NCBI GenBank assembly: GCA_963695225.1
Contig: OY968762.1
Coordinates: 64,001 to 128,000 of the forward strand
DNA length: 64,000 nt
Reading direction: 5' to 3'
Source: Vulcanimicrobiota bacterium
GTDB lineage: Bacteria > Vulcanimicrobiota > Vulcanimicrobiia > Vulcanimicrobiales > Vulcanimicrobiaceae
Below are positions 54,947 through 63,654 of the stretch, piece by piece (position 1 is the first letter of the stretch; every line of letters starts with the position of its first letter). Position numbers and translations under genes: made by a program. Under the pieces are notes generated by a model that made no database searches, had not been told where the DNA came from, and saw nothing but the letters and a program-made list of their open reading frames with translations.

Positions 54947-55951
54947 GTGAGCAACCCAAGCGTGAGACAGCAGCGTTTTTCCCTATCCGGTCCCTTGGTC
55001 GAGGAGGCCCTTGATCCCGTGCGCGCCGCGCTCGGCAGCATCGACGAGGCGACCCTCGACCTCGACGGCGTCCCGCTGCTCGACTCCCCGGCGATTGCGA
55101 ACCTGATCGTACTGCTGCGCGCGGCCCGGGAGCGCGACGTGAGGCTGCGCCTGGCCGTGACGCGGCCGGCGCTCCTGGAGACCTTGCGGATCACGGGGCT
55201 CGACAAGGTCTTCACGATCGCGAGCGACTCCCCGGTAATTCGGCCCGTTCCGGTCCCGCCCCGGCCGGTGAGCCCCATCCGCCGCCGGCTCGCGGCGTTC
55301 CTCGGATTCTGCCTCTTGGCCGCCTCGTCCGCGGCGGGCTCCCGCGCGTACGCGCAGGGAACCGGTGCCGACTTGACGGCCCCCGAGATCATCGCGAAGA
55401 TCAGCGAGCAGAACCCGTCGATGCAGAGCTACCAATCGCGGGTCTCCGTCAATTTCCGTCTCAAGTCGTTTCCGTATTTCGCGCAGCACCTCGACGGCTC
55501 GACGTACTTCAAACGCCCGGACAACTTCGAGGTGGTCTTCGATCGAGTTCCGTCGTACGCGCGCGGCTTCGAGAAGATGTATTCGGACATCGGGGATCCG
55601 ACGAATTGGCACAAGCGTTTCGAGATCGCGCGGGCGGGGGAGCGCGTCGTCAACGGGCACCGCGACATCGTCTTGCGCCTCACGCTGATTCAGCGCGGCA
55701 TGATCGATCACGAAGACGTGATGGTCGATCCGGTCAAGTGGCACATCGACCAGATGGAGTGGTTCTATTACAACGGCGGCTTCATCTCGATGACGCAAGA
55801 CTTCCGGCAGGAGGGCGAATTCGTGGTTCTGACGACCCAGCACGCGACGATCCGCATCCCGCACGTGAGCGCCGCGGCGGAGGCTTCGTACAGCGACTAT
55901 CACACGAACGTCGCGATCGACGACTCGGTCTTCACGAAGGCAGAACGCTAG
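54947..55951 (+). CDS. STAS domain fused to a signal/TM segment and a LolA-like periplasmic domain
   Basis: LDLDGVPLLDSPAIANL...LRITGLDKVF STAS; RRRLAAFLGFCLLAASSAAGSRAYA; beta-rich domain ending YSDYHTNVAIDDSVF. Confidence 0.72.
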   Translation: MSNPSVRQQRFSLSGPLVEEALDPVRAALGSIDEATLDLDGVPLLDSPAIANLIVLLRAARERDVRLRLAVTRPALLETLRITGLDKVFTIASDSPVIRPVPVPPRPVSPIRRRLAAFLGFCLLAASSAAGSRAYAQGTGADLTAPEIIAKISEQNPSMQSYQSRVSVNFRLKSFPYFAQHLDGSTYFKRPDNFEVVFDRVPSYARGFEKMYSDIGDPTNWHKRFEIARAGERVVNGHRDIVLRLTLIQRGMIDHEDVMVDPVKWHIDQMEWFYYNGGFISMTQDFRQEGEFVVLTTQHATIRIPHVSAAAEASYSDYHTNVAIDDSVFTKAER

Positions 55952-55954
55952 CCT

Positions 55955-56566
55955 ATGAGCGCGTTAGAGATCAACGCGAGGCATTCCGTCGAGGAGACGC
56001 GCAAGCGGATCATCGCGGCGACGCGGCAGGTGTACGCGCGCAAGGGAGCGCGCGGGACGACGACGCGTGAAGTCGCCGAGTGCGCCGGCGTGAACGAGGC
56101 GACGCTCTTCCGGCATTTTGGAACGAAGCACGCCATGATCGAGGCGATGCGCGAGCACTACGCCATGGTCGGCGAGTTGCGCGACGCGATCTCGCAACTC
56201 TCCGGCTCTCTCGAGGAAGATCTGCGGGCGATCGGCCACCAGTTCTTCGACCACATGCTGCGCAACCACGACTTGATCCGCATGGCGATCGCCGAAGCGG
56301 CGGCCGAGCCGGAGGCCTGCTCCTCGACGATGCGAATCCCTCGAGCCAAGTTCGACGTGCTTTCGGAGTATTTCCGCGCCCGGGTGGCCGCGGGAGACCT
56401 GCGCGGCGATCCCGCCTGGCTCGCGACCTGCTTCATGGGCGTCATGTTCTCCGTCGCTTGCGGGAAGCACATGTGGTCCGACGCCGATCATCCGCTAACG
56501 AACCCTGAAAACCTAGTCGACCGGTGGGTCGAAACCTTCCTAGACGGAGCAAGAGTGCGCAGATGA
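55955..56566 (+). CDS. TetR family transcriptional regulator
   Basis: TRKRIIAA...GTTTREVAECAGVNEATLFRHFGTK. Confidence 0.93.
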   Translation: MSALEINARHSVEETRKRIIAATRQVYARKGARGTTTREVAECAGVNEATLFRHFGTKHAMIEAMREHYAMVGELRDAISQLSGSLEEDLRAIGHQFFDHMLRNHDLIRMAIAEAAAEPEACSSTMRIPRAKFDVLSEYFRARVAAGDLRGDPAWLATCFMGVMFSVACGKHMWSDADHPLTNPENLVDRWVETFLDGARVRR

Positions 56567-57939
56567 CGACCCAGACGCTGCCCGAGACGGGTACGGGATC
56601 CGGCGCCGTGCCGGGGCAAGAAGTGATTCCCGGAGCGGCCGACCGAAACGCCCCGCCGCGCCAGCTCATTTTGGGCGTGAGCGCCGTCGTCGCGCTCGTC
56701 GCGCTCGTCTTCGGCATCCGCTGGTTGATGTTCGCGACGACCCATGAGACGACGGACGATGCGAAGATCGACACGGATCAGATCACGGTGACGAGCAAGA
56801 TATCCGAGCGGGTCGCCGCGGTGCTCGTCTCTGCGGACCAGCCCGTGCGCAAGGGGCAGCTCCTGGTGCGGCTCGACGACACGGACGAGACGCAACGGGT
56901 CGCGTCGGCGCGCGCGATGCGCGACGCGCAAGTCGCATCGCTGCATGCCGCGCAGGCGACGCTCGCGCTCACGCAGGACCAAGTTGCAGCCCAACAGCAG
57001 CAGAGCCGCGGGAGCGTCGCGCAAGCGCAAGCCGCGATTTCGAGCGCTTCGGAGCAGGCGCTCGCGCAAAAGGATCAGATCGCCGTCGCGAAGGCCGGCA
57101 TCGATGCGGCGGCCGCGCAGTTGCGCGCCGCGCAAGACGGGGTCCCGGCGGCCGCCGAAAACCTGCACAAGGCGCAGGCCGACCTTGCGCGCACGGAATC
57201 GCTGGTCGGAACCGGCGATATCGCGCAGTCGCAACTCGATGCGGCGCGCGCCGCCGCGGCGAGCGCGCAGGCGTCCTACCAACAGGCCGGGGCGAACGTC
57301 GCCGCGGCCCAAGCGAACCTCGCTTCCGCGCAACAGCGTTTGATCGCGCAACGCTCGACGACCGGCAGCTCGCAGGCGCAGGTCGCCGTTCAGCAAGGTG
57401 CCCTCTCGACCGCCGAAGGCCGCCTCGCCGAAGTTGCGTCGCCGAGCCGCGTCGCGGCGGCCGAAGCGGCGGTCGAAGGCGCTCGCGCGCAACTCGCAAC
57501 GGCGCAGGCCCAGCTGGCGACCGCCGAGCAAGCGCTCGCGAACACGCGCATCACGGCGCCCGTCGACGGACACGTCGGTGCGAAGAACATCGAAGTCGGG
57601 CAGACCGTCGCCCCCGGGCAGTCGCTCTTGGCAGTGATCCCCGCAACGAACATCTACGTCACCGCGAACTTCAAAGAGACGCAACTGGGCTCGATGAAGG
57701 CAGGCCAGCCCGCGGATGTCACGGTCGACGCGTACAAGGGCGTCCACTTCAACGGGCACATCGAATCGATCTCGCCGGCGTCGCAGAACACGTTCTCGAT
57801 CATCCCGGCGCAGAACGCGACGGGCAACTTCGTCAAGGTCACCCAGCGCGTCCCCGTCCGCATTCTGTTCGACAACCCGGATCCCGCCTACGCGTTGCGC
57901 CCCGGCATGTCGGTTGAAGCCGCCGTCAAGGTGAAGTAG
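56563..57939 (+). CDS. HlyD/EmrA family efflux adaptor
   Basis: ETTDDA, Ala/Gln coiled coil, ANFKETQ, NATGNFVKVTQRVPV, LRPGMS. Confidence 0.94.
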   Translation: MTTQTLPETGTGSGAVPGQEVIPGAADRNAPPRQLILGVSAVVALVALVFGIRWLMFATTHETTDDAKIDTDQITVTSKISERVAAVLVSADQPVRKGQLLVRLDDTDETQRVASARAMRDAQVASLHAAQATLALTQDQVAAQQQQSRGSVAQAQAAISSASEQALAQKDQIAVAKAGIDAAAAQLRAAQDGVPAAAENLHKAQADLARTESLVGTGDIAQSQLDAARAAAASAQASYQQAGANVAAAQANLASAQQRLIAQRSTTGSSQAQVAVQQGALSTAEGRLAEVASPSRVAAAEAAVEGARAQLATAQAQLATAEQALANTRITAPVDGHVGAKNIEVGQTVAPGQSLLAVIPATNIYVTANFKETQLGSMKAGQPADVTVDAYKGVHFNGHIESISPASQNTFSIIPAQNATGNFVKVTQRVPVRILFDNPDPAYALRPGMSVEAAVKVK

Positions 57940-57941
57940 GC

Positions 57942-59525
57942 GTGGCCTCCGCGGCCGCATCGCTACGCGGAGGCCTGCCCGTCGCTTCGCAACCAGACGC
58001 GAGCGGCATCGAATTCGGCTTCCGCCGCGGGATACTCACGTTCGCGATCGTCCTGGCGACGGTCCTCGAGATCATCGACGTCACGATCGTCAACGTCGCA
58101 TTGCCGAACATCGAGGGCAACTTCGGAGCGAACATCGATCAAGCCGCGTGGATCGGAACCGGCTATATCATCGCCAACGTCATCGTCATCCCGATCACGC
58201 CCTGGTTGCAGATGCGCTTCGGCCGGACGCAATACTACGCCGCGTCGATCCTGCTGTTCACCGCCGCGTCGATGATGTGTGGACTCTCGCAATCGCTCGA
58301 GCAGTTGATCTTCTGGCGGATCGTGCAGGGACTCGGCGGCGGCGGGCTCGTCTCGACGTCTCAAGCCATCTTGCGCCAAGTCTTTCCGAAGAGCGAACAG
58401 GGGAAGGCCGCGGGCTATTTTTCGATGGGCGTCGTCGTGGCGCCGATGGCGGGCCCGTTCCTCGGCGGCTTCATCACCGACAACCTCTCGTGGCGTTGGG
58501 CGTTCTTCGTCAACTTGCCGCTGGGGTTGCTCGCGACGATCCTCGTGCTCGCATTCCTGAAAAACCAGGTCGAGCCGCGGAGACTCCCGCTCGACGGGAT
58601 CGGCCTCGGCCTGCTCGCCGTCGGAATCGGCTCGCTACAGTACGTGCTCGATCAAGGCCAGCAAAAGGATTGGTTCGACGAGAGCTCGATCGTCGCGTGC
58701 TCCCTGCTCGCGCTCGCCGGTTTGATCGCGTTCGTGTTCTGGGAACTCCGCACGCGCAAACCGATCGTCGACTTGAGCATCGTGCGTTACCGGTCCGTCG
58801 CGGCGGGGAGCGTGCTCGGGCTCGTGCTCGGCATCTCGCTCTACGGCAGCGTGCTCATGCTGCCGCAGTACGTGCAGAACGTGCTCGGCTTCACGGCGAC
58901 GATCTCGGGCGAACTCCTCGTGATCCGGACGATCCCGGTCGTGATCCTGACGCCGATTGCCGCATTCGTCGCTTCGCGCGGCCTGTTGGACACGCGCTGG
59001 CAGATCGGGCTCGGCTTCTTCCTGATCGGAATCTCGAACCTGATGCTCGCGCAGGTCACGACGACCGACACCTCGTTCTGGACGCTGTTCTGGGCGCTCG
59101 TCGTCGGCGGCGCGGGGCTCTCGCAGATCTTCGTGCCGCTCTCGATCACGGTGCTCGGGAGCCCCGCGCCGCAGGACATCCCGGCGGCTGCGGCGCTCTT
59201 CAACCTGGCGCGGCAGATCGGCGGCTCGATCGCGATCGCCGCGCTCGTGACGATCCTCGCGCGCTCGAACGCGGCGTATCACGAGCGTCTCGCCGCGCAA
59301 GTCAAACTGAACTCGCCCTCGGTCGCAGCCTACCTCGAGCGCAGCGGCGGAGCGCTTTCGGCCTCCGCGCGCGCGACGCTCGACCGGCTCGTCGACCGCC
59401 AGGCATCCGTGCTCGCGTATGCGGACACCTCGCGCGCCACGGCGTACATCACGCTCGCGCTGACCCCGATGGTCTTGTTGCTGCGACGTCCGAAGGCGGA
59501 CGGCGCCCCAGTCCCGGCAGAATAG
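57942..59525 (+). CDS. DHA2 (EmrB/QacA) MFS efflux transporter
   Basis: EIIDVTIVNVALP, WIGTGYIIAN, RIVQGLGGG, FNLARQIGGSI. Confidence 0.94.
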   Translation: MASAAASLRGGLPVASQPDASGIEFGFRRGILTFAIVLATVLEIIDVTIVNVALPNIEGNFGANIDQAAWIGTGYIIANVIVIPITPWLQMRFGRTQYYAASILLFTAASMMCGLSQSLEQLIFWRIVQGLGGGGLVSTSQAILRQVFPKSEQGKAAGYFSMGVVVAPMAGPFLGGFITDNLSWRWAFFVNLPLGLLATILVLAFLKNQVEPRRLPLDGIGLGLLAVGIGSLQYVLDQGQQKDWFDESSIVACSLLALAGLIAFVFWELRTRKPIVDLSIVRYRSVAAGSVLGLVLGISLYGSVLMLPQYVQNVLGFTATISGELLVIRTIPVVILTPIAAFVASRGLLDTRWQIGLGFFLIGISNLMLAQVTTTDTSFWTLFWALVVGGAGLSQIFVPLSITVLGSPAPQDIPAAAALFNLARQIGGSIAIAALVTILARSNAAYHERLAAQVKLNSPSVAAYLERSGGALSASARATLDRLVDRQASVLAYADTSRATAYITLALTPMVLLLRRPKADGAPVPAE

Positions 59526-59540
59526 GAGATCCACTCCACC

Positions 59541-61376
59541 ATGCATCCCCGTCTAGGCTCGTTCGCGACCGTTCCGCTGCTCGCGCTGGCGCTCGCCGCC
59601 CCCGTCGCGGCAGCCCCCTCGCCATCCCCCGCCCCGAGCGCTCCTCCACAGGCTCAGGCCGGCGCGTCCGCCTCGCCCGCGTCGAATGCGCTCGTCTTGC
59701 CGCCGGTCCCGGTTGTCGAGCCTTCATTCGCGCCGGAGACCTCGGTGTGGCCCGCGGGCGATCTCGCCGGCGTCACGCAGCAGCCGTTCGTCGGCCTTTC
59801 GCTGCAGGACGCGCTCGCGATGGCGCTCGCCAAGAACACGGATCTGACCGTCGCGGCGTCCTCGCGGAAGATCGCCGGATTCGAGATCGTCGCGGCAAAG
59901 GGCGCTTACGATCTGCGCTTTCAGATCGTTCCGAGCTACACGTACGGGAAGGCCGCGCCGGAGAACGCTTTCGCCGTCGGTCCCAACGGCGGACCGATCA
60001 CGCAATCGACGTTCGGCGCGAGCGCCTCGCTCGGCGGCCTGACCGGAACGGGCGGGCAATACTCGATCGGCACGAGCGCGACGCGCATCAACAACGACAA
60101 CACGTCGAACAGCTTCGATCCGTTCTACCAGACCGCGCTTTCGTTGAACGTGACGCAGCCGCTCCTGCGCGGGGCGAAGATCGACGGCGCGCGCCGCGCG
60201 CTTTCCCTCGCGCGGATCGGAGCCGATCAATCCTCCGACGCGGTGCTGCTCTCGAGCTCGAACGTGATCGCCTCGGTGCAGGACGCATACTACGACTTGA
60301 TCGCCGCCTGGCGCAACCTCGCGATCCAAGAGGCGGCGCTGAGCCAAGCGCGGTCGCAGAGCGAGAGCAACGCGCGCCTCGTCAAGCAAGGGGCGGTCGC
60401 CTCGGTCGACGTCGTCGAGTCCGACAATCAGGTCAACCTCTTTGAAGACAACGTCTTCTCCGCGCTGCAGAACATCGAAAGGCTGCAAAACGGGCTCAAA
60501 CAACTGCTGCTCAGCGATCCCGCCGATCCGATCTGGACGGCGAACCTCGTTCCGACATCGACGCTCGGTGCGCTCCCGCCCGACCAAAACGTCTCGGACG
60601 TCGTCGTCGCGGCGCTCAAGAACCGGCCCGAGATCGCGCAGCTTCGCGACCAGCGCCGCGCCGCCGAGGTGAACCTCTCCTACGCGAAGGACCAGACCAA
60701 ACCCCAAGTCGATCTGCAATTCGGCTACACGCTGAACGGCTTCGCCGGCGTGCCGACGAGCCTGCTCTCGAACCCGCTTGCGGGCGCGTTCGGCCCGCAA
60801 ACCGTCGCGCTCAACCAACTGATCGCGATCGCAAACCAGAGCCTCCCGCCCGCCCAGCAGATCCAGCCGGTCACGCTCGTGTTCGCCTCGCTGCCGCCGT
60901 ACACGAACGGCCGCCTCGGCCAGGCCTACACGAACATGCTCGACGCGCGCTTCCCGCAAGTTTCGCTCCAAGCGGTCGTCGCGCTCCCGCTGCGCGACCG
61001 CACCGCGAACGCGAACGCCGCCGCCGCCGCCGAAACCGTGCGTTCGCTCGAGATCCAGCAAGTCGCGCTGATCCAGCGCCTGCAAGTCGAAGCGCGCAAC
61101 GCCGTCCAGGGATACCGCTCCGCCCGCTCGCGTCTCGCCGCCGCCACCGCCGGCCGCCAAGCTGCCGAAACGGTCCTCGCGAGCGAACAGCGCAAGTTCG
61201 CCGCCGGGCAATCGACGACGTACCTCGTCCTGCAGCGCGAGGTCAACCTCGCCAACAGCCGCGGCCGCGAACTGCAAGCGCAGACCGACCTGTTCAAAGC
61301 CGTCGTCGAACTCGACCGCGTCTCCGGCGCCATCCTCGCGCGGAACGGCATCGATACCTCCGCGCTCACTAAGTAG
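59541..61376 (+). CDS. TolC family outer-membrane efflux protein
   Basis: Signal peptide; LSLQDALAMAL..N, TQPLLRG, ALKNRPE, EQRKFAAGQST. Confidence 0.9.
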   Translation: MHPRLGSFATVPLLALALAAPVAAAPSPSPAPSAPPQAQAGASASPASNALVLPPVPVVEPSFAPETSVWPAGDLAGVTQQPFVGLSLQDALAMALAKNTDLTVAASSRKIAGFEIVAAKGAYDLRFQIVPSYTYGKAAPENAFAVGPNGGPITQSTFGASASLGGLTGTGGQYSIGTSATRINNDNTSNSFDPFYQTALSLNVTQPLLRGAKIDGARRALSLARIGADQSSDAVLLSSSNVIASVQDAYYDLIAAWRNLAIQEAALSQARSQSESNARLVKQGAVASVDVVESDNQVNLFEDNVFSALQNIERLQNGLKQLLLSDPADPIWTANLVPTSTLGALPPDQNVSDVVVAALKNRPEIAQLRDQRRAAEVNLSYAKDQTKPQVDLQFGYTLNGFAGVPTSLLSNPLAGAFGPQTVALNQLIAIANQSLPPAQQIQPVTLVFASLPPYTNGRLGQAYTNMLDARFPQVSLQAVVALPLRDRTANANAAAAAETVRSLEIQQVALIQRLQVEARNAVQGYRSARSRLAAATAGRQAAETVLASEQRKFAAGQSTTYLVLQREVNLANSRGRELQAQTDLFKAVVELDRVSGAILARNGIDTSALTK

Positions 61377-61383
61377 CGCCTCC

Positions 61384-61517
61384 GCGGGCTGGTCGCACTG
61401 GCGTGCGCGCTGGTCGCATGGCCCGCGGGCGGGGCGGGGCGTGCGGGCTGGTTGCGTGGCGTGCGGCCGGTGCTGGGGCGTGCGGGCTCGTCGCATGGCC
61501 CGCGGTCGGTGCGGGGC
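61384..61517. repeat. Degenerate ~18-21 bp G-rich tandem minisatellite
   Basis: About 7 units such as GCGGGCTGGTCGCA(C)TGGC(G/C) after the tolC stop. Confidence 0.65.
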
Positions 61518-61643
61518 GACGCTTCCCCGCGGGGACGCCCGCGATTTCGCATCCATGCGAAATCGCTACTCGTGCACTTTCCGGCTCCCGCCCTCCAGGC
61601 TCCGCCGGAAAGCTGCACGCCCCGCGGGAAACCGTCGCCCCGC
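61511..61643 (-). repeat. Structured interspersed repeat / candidate ncRNA, copy 2
   Basis: Core 61525-61627 is the reverse complement of 27792-27894 (8 differences); its own ~24 bp outer inverted repeat is different. Confidence 0.9.
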
Positions 61644-61838
61644 CCCGCCCGCTGCCTGGGCGCAAGCGGCTTTGTCCCGATGCTAGCGCGGTAGGGGGAT
61701 GGAGTTGGGGTCAGGAGCTGGCTCAGCCGGAAAGCTGCACGCCCCTGCGGGAAACCGTCGCCCCGCCCCACCCGCTGCCTGCGCGCTACGGTCTTATCGA
61801 TGCTAGCGCGGTAGGGGGATGCAGTTGGGGGTTAGGAG
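61596..61838. repeat. Tandem duplication, ~122 bp period, covering the gene 3' end and part of the structured element
   Basis: 61596-61717 resembles 61718-61838 (GCCGGAAAGCTGCACGCCCC...CGATGCTAGCGCGGTAGGGGGATG.AGTTGGGG...AGGAG twice). Confidence 0.88.
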
Positions 61839-62540
61839 TTCGACGTTGGGGCCGCCGGCGCGCTCGGTGGGGGAGGCTTTGGGCGTGGGGGAGGGGGTGG
61901 GCGTAGGCGACGGGGTTTCGGTTGGGGAGGGCGTGGGGGTCGGGGTCGTGCGGGGACGCGCGCCGCGGCGGGCAGGGGCTTCCGTCGGCGTTGCCGCCGG
62001 GATCGGGCTTGGCGTAGGGCTGGGGGCGGGCGTGGGGCAAGTTTCGGGGTCGGCGTAGTAGCGCTCGGTGAAGCCGGCGGCGAGTTCGCGTTTGGCTTGC
62101 TTGCCGAAGTACGTGTCGGGGAAGCGGGCGGCGATGAGGTGCAGGTAATCCCAAGCGCGGTCTTGCGAGGGCTTCGTGCGAATCTTCTTGTGGATGCCGA
62201 GCGAGAGGAAGTAGGAGCGCGGGAGCTGCGGATCTTTGGGATAGGCTTCGGCCCACGCTTGGAGCGCTTCGTCGGCGAAGCTCACCTTGTTGATGATTCC
62301 GGGATCCAGCGTCCACTCGCCGGCGCGTAACGACTCGAAACGGTACGTGTTTTCGATCCCGAGGTAGCTGAACTTCATGCGGCCGAAGTATCTGTCGGCG
62401 GGCGCCGAGTTCTTGAAGCGCTCGAGCCTCTGCTGCTCGGATTTGGAGACGGGGGCCGTTGCCGAGGGTGCGGGCACGGCCGCCAAGGTTACCGTCAGAG
62501 CATAGAGCGCGGCAAGCGGGAGGCTCGCAGTTCGTATCAC
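61803..62540 (-). CDS. Secreted hypothetical protein, helical-repeat-like core with a Pro/Thr-rich tail
   Basis: Signal peptide; APADRYFGRMKFSYLGIEN; YPKDPQLPR...RFPDTYFG; PTPSP repeats bracketed by two Cys. Confidence 0.75.
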   Translation of the reverse strand: MIRTASLPLAALYALTVTLAAVPAPSATAPVSKSEQQRLERFKNSAPADRYFGRMKFSYLGIENTYRFESLRAGEWTLDPGIINKVSFADEALQAWAEAYPKDPQLPRSYFLSLGIHKKIRTKPSQDRAWDYLHLIAARFPDTYFGKQAKRELAAGFTERYYADPETCPTPAPSPTPSPIPAATPTEAPARRGARPRTTPTPTPSPTETPSPTPTPSPTPKASPTERAGGPNVELLTPNCIPLPR

Positions 62541-62730
62541 TGGGCCAAGATAGCGGGGCGGTCGTCGGGGATTCCTTGGAGGAATCCGGGGTTCTGCTGA
62601 AGTTAGGCTGGCCTAGAAACATTCTTTGGTGCGTGGAACTCTTTCGCGGTTTCGCGGGTCGTATTGAGCGTAGCCGGTCTGTGGCCGGCTGGAGTCGACG
62701 ACCACGCTTGTCAAGGAGGGTGCCGACGCA

Positions 62731-62880
62731 ATGTCCGACGACGCCAGAATCTCGGGAGATGAAATCGCCGAACGCTCGTTCCAGCGCGATATCAGCTTGC
62801 TGCGAGAAGATCTCGTCGAGTATCAGCGCCGGCTTGCCGGGCGGCTCGACCTGCGCCTCGCGCTCGAGCGCGCCTGCTGA
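62731..62880 (+). CDS. Small ORF, 49 aa (not in the ORF track)
   Basis: AAGGAGG at 62713-62719; ATG...TGA encodes MSDDARISGDEIAERSFQRDISLLREDLVEYQRRLAGRLDLRLALERAC. Confidence 0.55.
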   Translation: MSDDARISGDEIAERSFQRDISLLREDLVEYQRRLAGRLDLRLALERAC

Positions 62881-62901
62881 AAAGGCTCCGGAGGGGGACG
62901 G

Positions 62902-63654
62902 TCAAGTGAGTTCGAGGTTCGCTGCTGCGGCGGCGTCCACGAACCAGTGAAGCGTTCCCGGACCTGCGGGGTGGACGACTTGAACCGGGGTCCGTACGGT
63001 ATCGTGCGGGCCCTGGATCGCTTTTTGAAGCGCTTCCGCCTTCGCGCCGCCGGCGGCCTCGATCGCGACGGCGCGGGCGGCGTTGATCGCGCGAGGCGTC
63101 AGCGTGATGCGGTGCGCGGCGAGCTTGGGCACCCACGGCGCCCGAACGAGTTTCTCGTCTTCGGCAAGCGGATCGGCTCCGGGGAAGAGGGAGGCCGTGT
63201 GCCCGTCCGGCCCCATTCCCAAGAGCACGAGGTCGAAGAAGGGCTCCTCGCCGAGTTCGGCGCGGAGCGTCTGCGCGTATGCGGCGGCGGCGAGCGCGGG
63301 ATCGATCTCGCCCATGATGCGGAAGATCTGCTGCGGCGCGATTCCGAGCGGGGCGAGCAAGGCGTCGGACGCGGTCTTGAAGTTCGATTGCGGATCTACG
63401 GGCGGCACGCAGCGTTCGTCGCTGAAGAAGAAGCGGACGCGAGACCAATCGACGCTCGAGCGGTACGGCTCCGCGGCGAGCATTGCGTAGACGGCTTTCG
63501 GCGTCGAACCGCCGGCGAGCACGACGTCGAACCGCCCGCGCGCATCGATCGCGGCGCGCGCCTGCGCGACGACGAACTTCGTGACGAGTTCGGCCAGCGA
63601 CGCCTCGTCGGCCGCGATCCGTAGCTCCGCCGGCGCGCTCAGATCTTGCGCCAT
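62902..63654 (-). CDS. pgl: 6-phosphogluconolactonase
   Basis: VLAGGSTP, FSDERCVP, LLGMGPDGHTASLFP, RITLT. Confidence 0.95.
   Translation of the reverse strand: MAQDLSAPAELRIAADEASLAELVTKFVVAQARAAIDARGRFDVVLAGGSTPKAVYAMLAAEPYRSSVDWSRVRFFFSDERCVPPVDPQSNFKTASDALLAPLGIAPQQIFRIMGEIDPALAAAAYAQTLRAELGEEPFFDLVLLGMGPDGHTASLFPGADPLAEDEKLVRAPWVPKLAAHRITLTPRAINAARAVAIEAAGGAKAEALQKAIQGPHDTVRTPVQVVHPAGPGTLHWFVDAAAAANLELT

Noticed and set aside
61384..61838. Possible CRISPR array or DGR template/variable repeats
   Set aside because: No constant repeats with unique spacers, no cas or RT gene in the window, and the differences between the 122 bp units are not confined to adenines.
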